DNA of 64,000 nucleotides. Source: Macrostomum lignano (lineage: Eukaryota). The notes under the pieces were generated by a model. It made no database searches. It was given only the letters and a program-made list of their open reading frames with translations, and was not told the origin of the DNA. The stretch's first letter is position 1. Every line of letters begins with the position of its first letter. Below, piece after piece: positions 1 through 14,574 of this stretch. The stretch covers positions 310,001 to 374,000 of the forward strand of contig NIVC01000027.1 of assembly GCA_002269645.1 (NCBI GenBank), in the 5' to 3' direction. The position numbers were made by a program, and so were the translations under genes.

Positions 1-3000
1 CTCTCAGCATCTCTAACTAGCCCTGTCGCTGTCAATATATAGAATTAAATGGAGAGCTTAGAAATGACACTCAATGGGGCTGATATACACAGGTGCAAAG
101 ATGACGCAGAGCCCGCTACTCTCAGCATCTCTAACTAGCCCTGTCGCTGTCAATATATAGAATTAAATGGAGAGCTTAGAAATGACACTCAATGGGGCTG
201 ATATACACAGGTGCAAAGATGACGCAGAGCCCGCTACTCTCAGCATCTCTAACTAGCCCTGTCGCTGTCAATATATAGAATTAAATGGAGAGCTTAGAAA
301 TGACACTCAATGGGGCTGATATACACAGGTGCAAAGATGACGCAGAGCCCGCTACTCTCAGCATCTCTAACTAGCCCTGTCGCTGTCAATATATAGAATT
401 AAATGGAGAGCTTAGAAATGACACTCAATGGGGCTGATATACACAGGTGCAAAGATGACGCAGAGCCCGCTACTCTCAGCATCTCTAACTAGCCCTGTCG
501 CTGTCAATATATAGAATTAAATGGAGAGCTTAGAAATGACACTCAATGGGGCTGATATACACAGGTGCAAAGATGACGCAGAGCCCGCTACTCTCAGCAT
601 CTCTAACTAGCCCTGTCGCTGTCAATATATAGAATTAAATGGAGAGCTTAGAAATGACACTCAATGGGGCTGATATACACAGGTGCAAAGATGACGCAGA
701 GCCCGCTACTCTCAGCATCTCTAACTAGCCCTGTCGCTGTCAATATATAGAATTAAATGGAGAGCTTAGAAATGACACTCAATGGGGCTGATATACACAG
801 GTGCAAAGATGACGCAGAGCCCGCTACTCTCAGCATCTCTAACTAGCCCTGTCGCTGTCAATATATAGAATTAAATGGAGAGCTTAGAAATGACACTCAA
901 TGGGGCTGATATACACAGGTGCAAAGATGACGCAGAGCCCGCTACTCTCAGCATCTCTAACTAGCCCTGTCGCTGTCAATATATAGAATTAAATGGAGAG
1001 CTTAGAAATGACACTCAATGGGGCTGATATACACAGGTGCAAAGATGACGCAGAGCCCGCTACTCTCAGCATCTCTAACTAGCCCTGTCGCTGTCAATAT
1101 ATAGAATTAAATGGAGAGCTTAGAAATGACACTCAATGGGGCTGATATACACAGGTGCAAAGATGACGCAGAGCCCGCTACTCTCAGCATCTCTAACTAG
1201 CCCTGTCGCTGTCAATATATAGAATTAAATGGAGAGCTTAGAAATGACACTCAATGGGGCTGATATACACAGGTGCAAAGATGACGCAGAGCCCGCTACT
1301 CTCAGCATCTCTAACTAGCCCTGTCGCTGTCAATATATAGAATTAAATGGAGAGCTTAGAAATGACACTCAATGGGGCTGATATACACAGGTGCAAAGAT
1401 GACGCAGAGCCCGCTACTCTCAGCATCTCTAACTAGCCCTGTCGCTGTCAATATATAGAATTAAATGGAGAGCTTAGAAATGACACTCAATGGGGCTGAT
1501 ATACACAGGTGCAAAGATGACGCAGAGCCCGCTACTCTCAGCATCTCTAACTAGCCCTGTCGCTGTCAATATATAGAATTAAATGGAGAGCTTAGAAATG
1601 ACACTCAATGGGGCTGATATACACAGGTGCAAAGATGACGCAGAGCCCGCTACTCTCAGCATCTCTAACTAGCCCTGTCGCTGTCAATATATAGAATTAA
1701 ATGGAGAGCTTAGAAATGACACTCAATGGGGCTGATATACACAGGTGCAAAGATGACGCAGAGCCCGCTACTCTCAGCATCTCTAACTAGCCCTGTCGCT
1801 GTCAATATATAGAATTAAATGGAGAGCTTAGAAATGACACTCAATGGGGCTGATATACACAGGTGCAAAGATGACGCAGAGCCCGCTACTCTCAGCATCT
1901 CTAACTAGCCCTGTCGCTGTCAATATATAGAATTAAATGGAGAGCTTAGAAATGACACTCAATGGGGCTGATATACACAGGTGCAAAGATGACGCAGAGC
2001 CCGCTACTCTCAGCATCTCTAACTAGCCCTGTCGCTGTCAATATATAGAATTAAATGGAGAGCTTAGAAATGACACTCAATGGGGCTGATATACACAGGT
2101 GCAAAGATGACGCAGAGCCCGCTACTCTCAGCATCTCTAACTAGCCCTGTCGCTGTCAATATATAGAATTAAATGGAGAGCTTAGAAATGACACTCAATG
2201 GGGCTGATATACACAGGTGCAAAGATGACGCAGAGCCCGCTACTCTCAGCATCTCTAACTAGCCCTGTCGCTGTCAATATATAGAATTAAATGGAGAGCT
2301 TAGAAATGACACTCAATGGGGCTGATATACACAGGTGCAAAGATGACGCAGAGCCCGCTACTCTCAGCATCTCTAACTAGCCCTGTCGCTGTCAATATAT
2401 AGAATTAAATGGAGAGCTTAGAAATGACACTCAATGGGGCTGATATACACAGGTGCAAAGATGACGCAGAGCCCGCTACTCTCAGCATCTCTAACTAGCC
2501 CTGTCGCTGTCAATATATAGAATTAAATGGAGAGCTTAGAAATGACACTCAATGGGGCTGATATACACAGGTGCAAAGATGACGCAGAGCCCGCTACTCT
2601 CAGCATCTCTAACTAGCCCTGTCGCTGTCAATATATAGAATTAAATGGAGAGCTTAGAAATGACACTCAATGGGGCTGATATACACAGGTGCAAAGATGA
2701 CGCAGAGCCCGCTACTCTCAGCATCTCTAACTAGCCCTGTCGCTGTCAATATATAGAATTAAATGGAGAGCTTAGAAATGACACTCAATGGGGCTGATAT
2801 ACACAGGTGCAAAGATGACGCAGAGCCCGCTACTCTCAGCATCTCTAACTAGCCCTGTCGCTGTCAATATATAGAATTAAATGGAGAGCTTAGAAATGAC
2901 ACTCAATGGGGCTGATATACACAGGTGCAAAGATGACGCAGAGCCCGCTACTCTCAGCATCTCTAACTAGCCCTGTCGCTGTCAATATATAGAATTAAAT

Positions 3001-6000
3001 GGAGAGCTTAGAAATGACACTCAATGGGGCTGATATACACAGGTGCAAAGATGACGCAGAGCCCGCTACTCTCAGCATCTCTAACTAGCCCTGTCGCTGT
3101 CAATATATAGAATTAAATGGAGAGCTTAGAAATGACACTCAATGGGGCTGATATACACAGGTGCAAAGATGACGCAGAGCCCGCTACTCTCAGCATCTCT
3201 AACTAGCCCTGTCGCTGTCAATATATAGAATTAAATGGAGAGCTTAGAAATGACACTCAATGGGGCTGATATACACAGGTGCAAAGATGACGCAGAGCCC
3301 GCTACTCTCAGCATCTCTAACTAGCCCTGTCGCTGTCAATATATAGAATTAAATGGAGAGCTTAGAAATGACACTCAATGGGGCTGATATACACAGGTGC
3401 AAAGATGACGCAGAGCCCGCTACTCTCAGCATCTCTAACTAGCCCTGTCGCTGTCAATATATAGAATTAAATGGAGAGCTTAGAAATGACACTCAATGGG
3501 GCTGATATACACAGGTGCAAAGATGACGCAGAGCCCGCTACTCTCAGCATCTCTAACTAGCCCTGTCGCTGTCAATATATAGAATTAAATGGAGAGCTTA
3601 GAAATGACACTCAATGGGGCTGATATACACAGGTGCAAAGATGACGCAGAGCCCGCTACTCTCAGCATCTCTAACTAGCCCTGTCGCTGTCAATATATAG
3701 AATTAAATGGAGAGCTTAGAAATGACACTCAATGGGGCTGATATACACAGGTGCAAAGATGACGCAGAGCCCGCTACTCTCAGCATCTCTAACTAGCCCT
3801 GTCGCTGTCAATATATAGAATTAAATGGAGAGCTTAGAAATGACACTCAATGGGGCTGATATACACAGGTGCAAAGATGACGCAGAGCCCGCTACTCTCA
3901 GCATCTCTAACTAGCCCTGTCGCTGTCAATATATAGAATTAAATGGAGAGCTTAGAAATGACACTCAATGGGGCTGATATACACAGGTGCAAAGATGACG
4001 CAGAGCCCGCTACTCTCAGCATCTCTAACTAGCCCTGTCGCTGTCAATATATAGAATTAAATGGAGAGCTTAGAAATGACACTCAATGGGGCTGATATAC
4101 ACAGGTGCAAAGATGACGCAGAGCCCGCTACTCTCAGCATCTCTAACTAGCCCTGTCGCTGTCAATATATAGAATTAAATGGAGAGCTTAGAAATGACAC
4201 TCAATGGGGCTGATATACACAGGTGCAAAGATGACGCAGAGCCCGCTACTCTCAGCATCTCTAACTAGCCCTGTCGCTGTCAATATATAGAATTAAATGG
4301 AGAGCTTAGAAATGACACTCAATGGGGCTGATATACACAGGTGCAAAGATGACGCAGAGCCCGCTACTCTCAGCATCTCTAACTAGCCCTGTCGCTGTCA
4401 ATATATAGAATTAAATGGAGAGCTTAGAAATGACACTCAATGGGGCTGATATACACAGGTGCAAAGATGACGCAGAGCCCGCTACTCTCAGCATCTCTAA
4501 CTAGCCCTGTCGCTGTCAATATATAGAATTAAATGGAGAGCTTAGAAATGACACTCAATGGGGCTGATATACACAGGTGCAAAGATGACGCAGAGCCCGC
4601 TACTCTCAGCATCTCTAACTAGCCCTGTCGCTGTCAATATATAGAATTAAATGGAGAGCTTAGAAATGACACTCAATGGGGCTGATATACACAGGTGCAA
4701 AGATGACGCAGAGCCCGCTACTCTCAGCATCTCTAACTAGCCCTGTCGCTGTCAATATATAGAATTAAATGGAGAGCTTAGAAATGACACTCAATGGGGC
4801 TGATATACACAGGTGCAAAGATGACGCAGAGCCCGCTACTCTCAGCATCTCTAACTAGCCCTGTCGCTGTCAATATATAGAATTAAATGGAGAGCTTAGA
4901 AATGACACTCAATGGGGCTGATATACACAGGTGCAAAGATGACGCAGAGCCCGCTACTCTCAGCATCTCTAACTAGCCCTGTCGCTGTCAATATATAGAA
5001 TTAAATGGAGAGCTTAGAAATGACACTCAATGGGGCTGATATACACAGGTGCAAAGATGACGCAGAGCCCGCTACTCTCAGCATCTCTAACTAGCCCTGT
5101 CGCTGTCAATATATAGAATTAAATGGAGAGCTTAGAAATGACACTCAATGGGGCTGATATACACAGGTGCAAAGATGACGCAGAGCCCGCTACTCTCAGC
5201 ATCTCTAACTAGCCCTGTCGCTGTCAATATATAGAATTAAATGGAGAGCTTAGAAATGACACTCAATGGGGCTGATATACACAGGTGCAAAGATGACGCA
5301 GAGCCCGCTACTCTCAGCATCTCTAACTAGCCCTGTCGCTGTCAATATATAGAATTAAATGGAGAGCTTAGAAATGACACTCAATGGGGCTGATATACAC
5401 AGGTGCAAAGATGACGCAGAGCCCGCTACTCTCAGCATCTCTAACTAGCCCTGTCGCTGTCAATATATAGAATTAAATGGAGAGCTTAGAAATGACACTC
5501 AATGGGGCTGATATACACAGGTGCAAAGATGACGCAGAGCCCGCTACTCTCAGCATCTCTAACTAGCCCTGTCGCTGTCAATATATAGAATTAAATGGAG
5601 AGCTTAGAAATGACACTCAATGGGGCTGATATACACAGGTGCAAAGATGACGCAGAGCCCGCTACTCTCAGCATCTCTAACTAGCCCTGTCGCTGTCAAT
5701 ATATAGAATTAAATGGAGAGCTTAGAAATGACACTCAATGGGGCTGATATACACAGGTGCAAAGATGACGCAGAGCCCGCTACTCTCAGCATCTCTAACT
5801 AGCCCTGTCGCTGTCAATATATAGAATTAAATGGAGAGCTTAGAAATGACACTCAATGGGGCTGATATACACAGGTGCAAAGATGACGCAGAGCCCGCTA
5901 CTCTCAGCATCTCTAACTAGCCCTGTCGCTGTCAATATATAGAATTAAATGGAGAGCTTAGAAATGACACTCAATGGGGCTGATATACACAGGTGCAAAG

Positions 6001-9000
6001 ATGACGCAGAGCCCGCTACTCTCAGCATCTCTAACTAGCCCTGTCGCTGTCAATATATAGAATTAAATGGAGAGCTTAGAAATGACACTCAATGGGGCTG
6101 ATATACACAGGTGCAAAGATGACGCAGAGCCCGCTACTCTCAGCATCTCTAACTAGCCCTGTCGCTGTCAATATATAGAATTAAATGGAGAGCTTAGAAA
6201 TGACACTCAATGGGGCTGATATACACAGGTGCAAAGATGACGCAGAGCCCGCTACTCTCAGCATCTCTAACTAGCCCTGTCGCTGTCAATATATAGAATT
6301 AAATGGAGAGCTTAGAAATGACACTCAATGGGGCTGATATACACAGGTGCAAAGATGACGCAGAGCCCGCTACTCTCAGCATCTCTAACTAGCCCTGTCG
6401 CTGTCAATATATAGAATTAAATGGAGAGCTTAGAAATGACACTCAATGGGGCTGATATACACAGGTGCAAAGATGACGCAGAGCCCGCTACTCTCAGCAT
6501 CTCTAACTAGCCCTGTCGCTGTCAATATATAGAATTAAATGGAGAGCTTAGAAATGACACTCAATGGGGCTGATATACACAGGTGCAAAGATGACGCAGA
6601 GCCCGCTACTCTCAGCATCTCTAACTAGCCCTGTCGCTGTCAATATATAGAATTAAATGGAGAGCTTAGAAATGACACTCAATGGGGCTGATATACACAG
6701 GTGCAAAGATGACGCAGAGCCCGCTACTCTCAGCATCTCTAACTAGCCCTGTCGCTGTCAATATATAGAATTAAATGGAGAGCTTAGAAATGACACTCAA
6801 TGGGGCTGATATACACAGGTGCAAAGATGACGCAGAGCCCGCTACTCTCAGCATCTCTAACTAGCCCTGTCGCTGTCAATATATAGAATTAAATGGAGAG
6901 CTTAGAAATGACACTCAATGGGGCTGATATACACAGGTGCAAAGATGACGCAGAGCCCGCTACTCTCAGCATCTCTAACTAGCCCTGTCGCTGTCAATAT
7001 ATAGAATTAAATGGAGAGCTTAGAAATGACACTCAATGGGGCTGATATACACAGGTGCAAAGATGACGCAGAGCCCGCTACTCTCAGCATCTCTAACTAG
7101 CCCTGTCGCTGTCAATATATAGAATTAAATGGAGAGCTTAGAAATGACACTCAATGGGGCTGATATACACAGGTGCAAAGATGACGCAGAGCCCGCTACT
7201 CTCAGCATCTCTAACTAGCCCTGTCGCTGTCAATATATAGAATTAAATGGAGAGCTTAGAAATGACACTCAATGGGGCTGATATACACAGGTGCAAAGAT
7301 GACGCAGAGCCCGCTACTCTCAGCATCTCTAACTAGCCCTGTCGCTGTCAATATATAGAATTAAATGGAGAGCTTAGAAATGACACTCAATGGGGCTGAT
7401 ATACACAGGTGCAAAGATGACGCAGAGCCCGCTACTCTCAGCATCTCTAACTAGCCCTGTCGCTGTCAATATATAGAATTAAATGGAGAGCTTAGAAATG
7501 ACACTCAATGGGGCTGATATACACAGGTGCAAAGATGACGCAGAGCCCGCTACTCTCAGCATCTCTAACTAGCCCTGTCGCTGTCAATATATAGAATTAA
7601 ATGGAGAGCTTAGAAATGACACTCAATGGGGCTGATATACACAGGTGCAAAGATGACGCAGAGCCCGCTACTCTCAGCATCTCTAACTAGCCCTGTCGCT
7701 GTCAATATATAGAATTAAATGGAGAGCTTAGAAATGACACTCAATGGGGCTGATATACACAGGTGCAAAGATGACGCAGAGCCCGCTACTCTCAGCATCT
7801 CTAACTAGCCCTGTCGCTGTCAATATATAGAATTAAATGGAGAGCTTAGAAATGACACTCAATGGGGCTGATATACACAGGTGCAAAGATGACGCAGAGC
7901 CCGCTACTCTCAGCATCTCTAACTAGCCCTGTCGCTGTCAATATATAGAATTAAATGGAGAGCTTAGAAATGACACTCAATGGGGCTGATATACACAGGT
8001 GCAAAGATGACGCAGAGCCCGCTACTCTCAGCATCTCTAACTAGCCCTGTCGCTGTCAATATATAGAATTAAATGGAGAGCTTAGAAATGACACTCAATG
8101 GGGCTGATATACACAGGTGCAAAGATGACGCAGAGCCCGCTACTCTCAGCATCTCTAACTAGCCCTGTCGCTGTCAATATATAGAATTAAATGGAGAGCT
8201 TAGAAATGACACTCAATGGGGCTGATATACACAGGTGCAAAGATGACGCAGAGCCCGCTACTCTCAGCATCTCTAACTAGCCCTGTCGCTGTCAATATAT
8301 AGAATTAAATGGAGAGCTTAGAAATGACACTCAATGGGGCTGATATACACAGGTGCAAAGATGACGCAGAGCCCGCTACTCTCAGCATCTCTAACTAGCC
8401 CTGTCGCTGTCAATATATAGAATTAAATGGAGAGCTTAGAAATGACACTCAATGGGGCTGATATACACAGGTGCAAAGATGACGCAGAGCCCGCTACTCT
8501 CAGCATCTCTAACTAGCCCTGTCGCTGTCAATATATAGAATTAAATGGAGAGCTTAGAAATGACACTCAATGGGGCTGATATACACAGGTGCAAAGATGA
8601 CGCAGAGCCCGCTACTCTCAGCATCTCTAACTAGCCCTGTCGCTGTCAATATATAGAATTAAATGGAGAGCTTAGAAATGACACTCAATGGGGCTGATAT
8701 ACACAGGTGCAAAGATGACGCAGAGCCCGCTACTCTCAGCATCTCTAACTAGCCCTGTCGCTGTCAATATATAGAATTAAATGGAGAGCTTAGAAATGAC
8801 ACTCAATGGGGCTGATATACACAGGTGCAAAGATGACGCAGAGCCCGCTACTCTCAGCATCTCTAACTAGCCCTGTCGCTGTCAATATATAGAATTAAAT
8901 GGAGAGCTTAGAAATGACACTCAATGGGGCTGATATACACAGGTGCAAAGATGACGCAGAGCCCGCTACTCTCAGCATCTCTAACTAGCCCTGTCGCTGT

Positions 9001-11071
9001 CAATATATAGAATTAAATGGAGAGCTTAGAAATGACACTCAATGGGGCTGATATACACAGGTGCAAAGATGACGCAGAGCCCGCTACTCTCAGCATCTCT
9101 AACTAGCCCTGTCGCTGTCAATATATAGAATTAAATGGAGAGCTTAGAAATGACACTCAATGGGGCTGATATACACAGGTGCAAAGATGACGCAGAGCCC
9201 GCTACTCTCAGCATCTCTAACTAGCCCTGTCGCTGTCAATATATAGAATTAAATGGAGAGCTTAGAAATGACACTCAATGGGGCTGATATACACAGGTGC
9301 AAAGATGACGCAGAGCCCGCTACTCTCAGCATCTCTAACTAGCCCTGTCGCTGTCAATATATAGAATTAAATGGAGAGCTTAGAAATGACACTCAATGGG
9401 GCTGATATACACAGGTGCAAAGATGACGCAGAGCCCGCTACTCTCAGCATCTCTAACTAGCCCTGTCGCTGTCAATATATAGAATTAAATGGAGAGCTTA
9501 GAAATGACACTCAATGGGGCTGATATACACAGGTGCAAAGATGACGCAGAGCCCGCTACTCTCAGCATCTCTAACTAGCCCTGTCGCTGTCAATATATAG
9601 AATTAAATGGAGAGCTTAGAAATGACACTCAATGGGGCTGATATACACAGGTGCAAAGATGACGCAGAGCCCGCTACTCTCAGCATCTCTAACTAGCCCT
9701 GTCGCTGTCAATATATAGAATTAAATGGAGAGCTTAGAAATGACACTCAATGGGGCTGATATACACAGGTGCAAAGATGACGCAGAGCCCGCTACTCTCA
9801 GCATCTCTAACTAGCCCTGTCGCTGTCAATATATAGAATTAAATGGAGAGCTTAGAAATGACACTCAATGGGGCTGATATACACAGGTGCAAAGATGACG
9901 CAGAGCCCGCTACTCTCAGCATCTCTAACTAGCCCTGTCGCTGTCAATATATAGAATTAAATGGAGAGCTTAGAAATGACACTCAATGGGGCTGATATAC
10001 ACAGGTGCAAAGATGACGCAGAGCCCGCTACTCTCAGCATCTCTAACTAGCCCTGTCGCTGTCAATATATAGAATTAAATGGAGAGCTTAGAAATGACAC
10101 TCAATGGGGCTGATATACACAGGTGCAAAGATGACGCAGAGCCCGCTACTCTCAGCATCTCTAACTAGCCCTGTCGCTGTCAATATATAGAATTAAATGG
10201 AGAGCTTAGAAATGACACTCAATGGGGCTGATATACACAGGTGCAAAGATGACGCAGAGCCCGCTACTCTCAGCATCTCTAACTAGCCCTGTCGCTGTCA
10301 ATATATAGAATTAAATGGAGAGCTTAGAAATGACACTCAATGGGGCTGATATACACAGGTGCAAAGATGACGCAGAGCCCGCTACTCTCAGCATCTCTAA
10401 CTAGCCCTGTCGCTGTCAATATATAGAATTAAATGGAGAGCTTAGAAATGACACTCAATGGGGCTGATATACACAGGTGCAAAGATGACGCAGAGCCCGC
10501 TACTCTCAGCATCTCTAACTAGCCCTGTCGCTGTCAATATATAGAATTAAATGGAGAGCTTAGAAATGACACTCAATGGGGCTGATATACACAGGTGCAA
10601 AGATGACGCAGAGCCGCTACTCTCAGCATCTCTAACTAGCCCTGTCGCTGTCAATATATAGAATTAAATGGAGAGCTTAGAAATGACACTCAATGGGGCT
10701 GATATACACAGGTGCAAAGATGACGCAGAGCCCGCTACTCTCAGCATCTCTAACTAGCCCTGTCGCTGTCAATATATAGAATTAAATGGAGAGCTTAGAA
10801 ATGACACTCAATGGGGCTGATATACACAGGTGCAAAGATGACGCAGAGCCGCTACTCTCAGCATCTCTAACTAGCCCTGTCGCTGTCAATATATAGAATT
10901 AAATGGAGAGCTTAGAAATGACACTCAATGGGGCTGATATACACAGGTGCAAAGATGACGCAGAGCCCGCTACTCTCAGCATCTCTAACTAGCCCTGTCG
11001 CTGTCAATATATAGAATTAAATGGAGAGCTTAGAAATGACACTCAATGGGGCTGATATACGCAGGTGCAAA
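1..11071. repeat. 118-bp satellite array, ~94 copies
   Basis: Unit ctctcagcatctctaactagccctgtcgctgtcaatatatagaattaaatggagagcttagaaatgacactcaatggggctgatatacacaggtgcaaagatgacgcagagcccgcta. The phase recurs exactly at 3541 and 7081 (30 x 118). The only variants I saw are 1-bp deletions in the CCC run near 10615 and 10850 and an A>G in the last partial copy. Confidence 0.98.
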
Positions 11072-11504
11072 TATTGTTATTTACATAGTTATTTGAATAA
11101 CTATAACTTCAAATAGTTTTTCGAAGGATTGTAGTTTTGTCTCTTGAAGTCTAATATGTGTCTTTGTTTTTCTCCTTAAAGTAGTGTATCTGATTTTAGC
11201 TTTATTTTTGTTGGGATAGGGAAAATCTTGTGTTGTTTTATTGGTTTAAGTTTCGTCATTTTTTTATGGCGTATATTTAGAATATATCCTTTTTAGAAAC
11301 GGTAATTTTTTGCGCGTCATTTTTAGTTATTTAGAGGATATATTCGATTGTGTCATTTCTACATTCTGCGTCATCCAAACGCCCCGTTGGGGGAAATATG
11401 GATAGAATCTCTGTTCTCTACAAGTAACAAAAAGACAGCCAAATAAAGCCTTCACAAAGACGACAGACAAACTGCTCAAATAAAGTGTAATGCAAAAAGA
11501 AATC

Positions 11505-11586
11505 ATCCCAAGACAGCAAGCATCCCCCAGATAGCAAGCATCCCCCAGATTGCAAGCATCCCCCAGATAGCAAGCATCCCCCAGAT
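11505..11586. repeat. 17-bp minisatellite (catccccagatagcaag), ~4-5 copies
   Basis: Direct reading. Confidence 0.85.
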
Positions 11587-11729
11587 AATTTTCGAATAAT
11601 ACAGTTGAAAAGGCAAAACTTACGACAGAAAATATCTTGTTCGTAGAAAGCCGACATAAACTGCAAAGCACGACAAAAATGAGCAACGGCTGGATGAGTG
11701 GATCTCCCCCCCCACCGGACTCCTATTAT

Positions 11730-12245
11730 ACTGTGAGAAAAAGAGAACTTCAGCTTTTTTGCTACCGTTTTGTTCATTTGAACTCTGAAAGAGAAGAATG
11801 AGCCACGGTTTTGGACTGTCATAAATCACAGTCTGTCCAAACTAACCAGTTCTCTCTAACGCACGTACATCAATCACGCCATCTCGCAACTAACCCCGCC
11901 GTACATTTGCATTAAATGCTGCGCGTAGCTAAACCTGTGAGTATAGTAAAATTGATGCCTAGTGGGTATGCCTTCCTTTCCTCGGCCGGTCGTTTGATAC
12001 GGATTCTGAACTCTACAGTGTACCGTAGCAAGTGCGCGGTGTATTGTCTGACTTGGTAAGCTGCTCTACTGTGCAAATTTTACAGAGTTTTACTCACTGA
12101 CTCAAGTTGCAAAGCGAGCGCTCCTGTGGGTGGACGCAAAGAAATAGTAAACAACACATTGCGCGGGTCTCAGACAGAACTTTCGTAAGTTCTCAGGCTC
12201 AGTCCCATATAGTACAACTGCGCAAACACGAGTAGACAGTGACAA
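11730..12245. repeat. Diverged direct repeat, copy A (homologous to 13276-13900)
   Basis: Collinear shared blocks: tgtgagaaaaa, gaacttcagcttt, atttgaactc, aaaattgatg, ccggtcgtt, caagtgcgcggtgt, ctgctctac, gagcgctc, ctcagacagaactttc, acaactg. Confidence 0.8.
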
Positions 12246-12454
12246 TAAATTGAGTCGCGCCATCTTAGTGCACGCAATGATAAAATATAAAACGGTGCTT
12301 TTATGGTCCCCAGTAAGACCACTGCTCGGTCAAAAGTTCAAGCAGCAAATCCAAGCCTAAAAGTATTCTCTTCCAGGCATGCATAGCGAATATGCATTCA
12401 CTCAGCAACGGTTAACTCCCCCCTAATGCGGCACAAAAGTTAACCAATGTCTAA

Positions 12455-13020
12455 AGCACCAGGGGCTTTAGCACCAGGGGCTTTAGCACCAGGGGCTTTA
12501 GCACCAGGGGCTTTAGCACCAGGGGCTTTAGCACCAGGGGCTTTAGCACCAGGGGCTTTAGCACCAGGGGCTTTAGCACCAGGGGCTTTAGCACCAGGGG
12601 CTTTAGCACCAGGGGCTTTAGCACCAGGGGCTTTAGCACCAGGGGCTTTAGCACCAGGGGCTTTAGCACCAGGGGCTTTAGCACCAGGGGCTTTAGCACC
12701 AGGGGCTTTAGCACCAGGGGCTTTAGCACCAGGGGCTTTAGCACCAGGGGCTTTAGCACCAGGGGCTTTAGCACCAGGGGCTTTAGCACCAGGGGCTTTA
12801 GCACCAGGGGCTTTAGCACCAGGGGCTTTAGCACCAGGGGCTTTAGCACCAGGGGCTTTAGCACCAGGGGCTTTAGCACCAGGGGCTTTAGCACCAGGGG
12901 CTTTAGCACCAGGGGCTTTAGCACCAGGGGCTTTAGCACCAGGGGCTTTAGCACCAGGGGCTTTAGCACCAGGGGCTTTAGCACCAGGGGCTTTAGCACC
13001 AGGGGCTTTAGCACCAGGGG
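12455..13020. repeat. Perfect 15-bp minisatellite (agcaccaggggcttt), ~38 copies
   Basis: Direct reading; no variant units seen. Confidence 0.97.
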
Positions 13021-13275
13021 CGCCAGCCCTACATGTACTGAAAAGCCGCTATACACTGGCAGACAGTACTTGTAAATTCAAATCAAAAACTTCCCATCAT
13101 AAGTCAAGCCACGAGTTACCCAACTTGCTGTAAATTGCAAAGTAAATTGGAACATTAAATTTAATAATTAGCAATTTTGAAGTTTCCACAGAATTTTTAA
13201 GCAGTCTTGAGAGCGCGAATCATGTCAAATTGCGTGGAGGGAGACACTACTGACTGTTTTTGTGCACTTTATGGT

Positions 13276-13900
13276 TTGTGAGAAAAATATACCCTGAACT
13301 TCAGCTTTGTTTGAGCTATCTGCATTTTGTCTATTTGAACTCAGTAAAGAGAATGGGCTTCGGTTCGATCGAGACAGGTACAGTAACATTACCCTAGTCA
13401 TGAATACAGCAAGTGTATACCTACTGCAATCTTTGAATAATGTCACTTTCATAAATGGCTCGCTGTACTAGTGCTGTGCTATTGTGTCTCTCTCTGTCGC
13501 TCGCCCCAACCCTCCCAGTCTGCCCTGGGAAGTCACCTCGCCCCTCACCCTGTCGCACTTGAATTATACGATTGCTTCGAATACCATAAAATTGATGGCC
13601 CTTTTGGGGGGGGGGGCATGCCATCTTTCTCTCGGGCCGGTCGTTGGCTTCACTTTTTCAACTTTATCGTCACAAGTGCGCGGTGTCTTGCCTGACTAGG
13701 CAATCTGCTCTACCTTGTAAATTTTTAGAGCTTACTTATTGACCAACGTTACGAGTACAACACGAGCGCTCACGTGGATGGGCGCAAAACAAAATAGTCA
13801 AAAAATTTATTGCACTGCTCTCAGACAGAACTTTCAGAACAGAACTCAGGTTCTCAGTCCAATGGTATACAACTGTGCGCAAAGACGAGCAAGCAGTGGG
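13276..13900. repeat. Diverged direct repeat, copy B (homologous to 11730-12245)
   Basis: Same collinear blocks as copy A, with indels. Confidence 0.8.
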
Positions 13901-14574
13901 GCAAAAAATACGGTCGCAAAATCTACTGCGAGCGCTAATATACTCAGAAACATTGCAAACTCGCCACTCTATACGCCAGTGAGCAATTTCTCTTGGACTA
14001 TTCTGAAATTAAAGATACGAGAAAACTGATCGGGCTAGCTTTAATCCGTCCAAGCCTCGCACGCCGCTCCCCCCATTTCATTCCTGAACTCAAGTCTGCC
14101 GCGTGGCGTAGCTAAGTTGCGTCACTCGCAAAGACTGAGAGACTTTACCTGCACTCTCAAAAGTGGCGACCACAGACGGAATCTTCTGTGATGGCGACTT
14201 TTCGATGTTGCTGAGCATCCAATATCCGTGCCCCGCGCTGAATAAGATAATAAAGCTAATTGAAATGAAAACACATTGAGATTTGTTTTAAATTCATTAC
14301 ACACATTAAAGTTTTCAGTAGCTGTACGCCACAAGTTCCTACGCCTGAGGATCGAATGTTTTGCACGCCAGGTGTTGTGTCTATTAGCCGGGCAATTCAT
14401 TTTTACATGTAAATTAATCCATCAAAACTCTACGCAAAGACACTAAGTTCACAAAAAGGTTTATAGTATCACACACACTACATATTTATTTAACTGAAGT
14501 GCTCGAAAAAACTGTCAATTAAGGTCTATTTTAGTTTTAAAAAATACGCTTGTACTTAAACGATGTTAAAAGGT

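Noticed and set aside
1-11071. 5S rDNA, spliced-leader RNA or hammerhead-ribozyme satellite (unit length ~118 nt)
   Set aside because: No 5S-like sequence or internal promoter boxes recognised; no SL/Sm-site pattern recognised; no CUGANGA core on either strand (closest are CUGAUAU and CUGAGAG).
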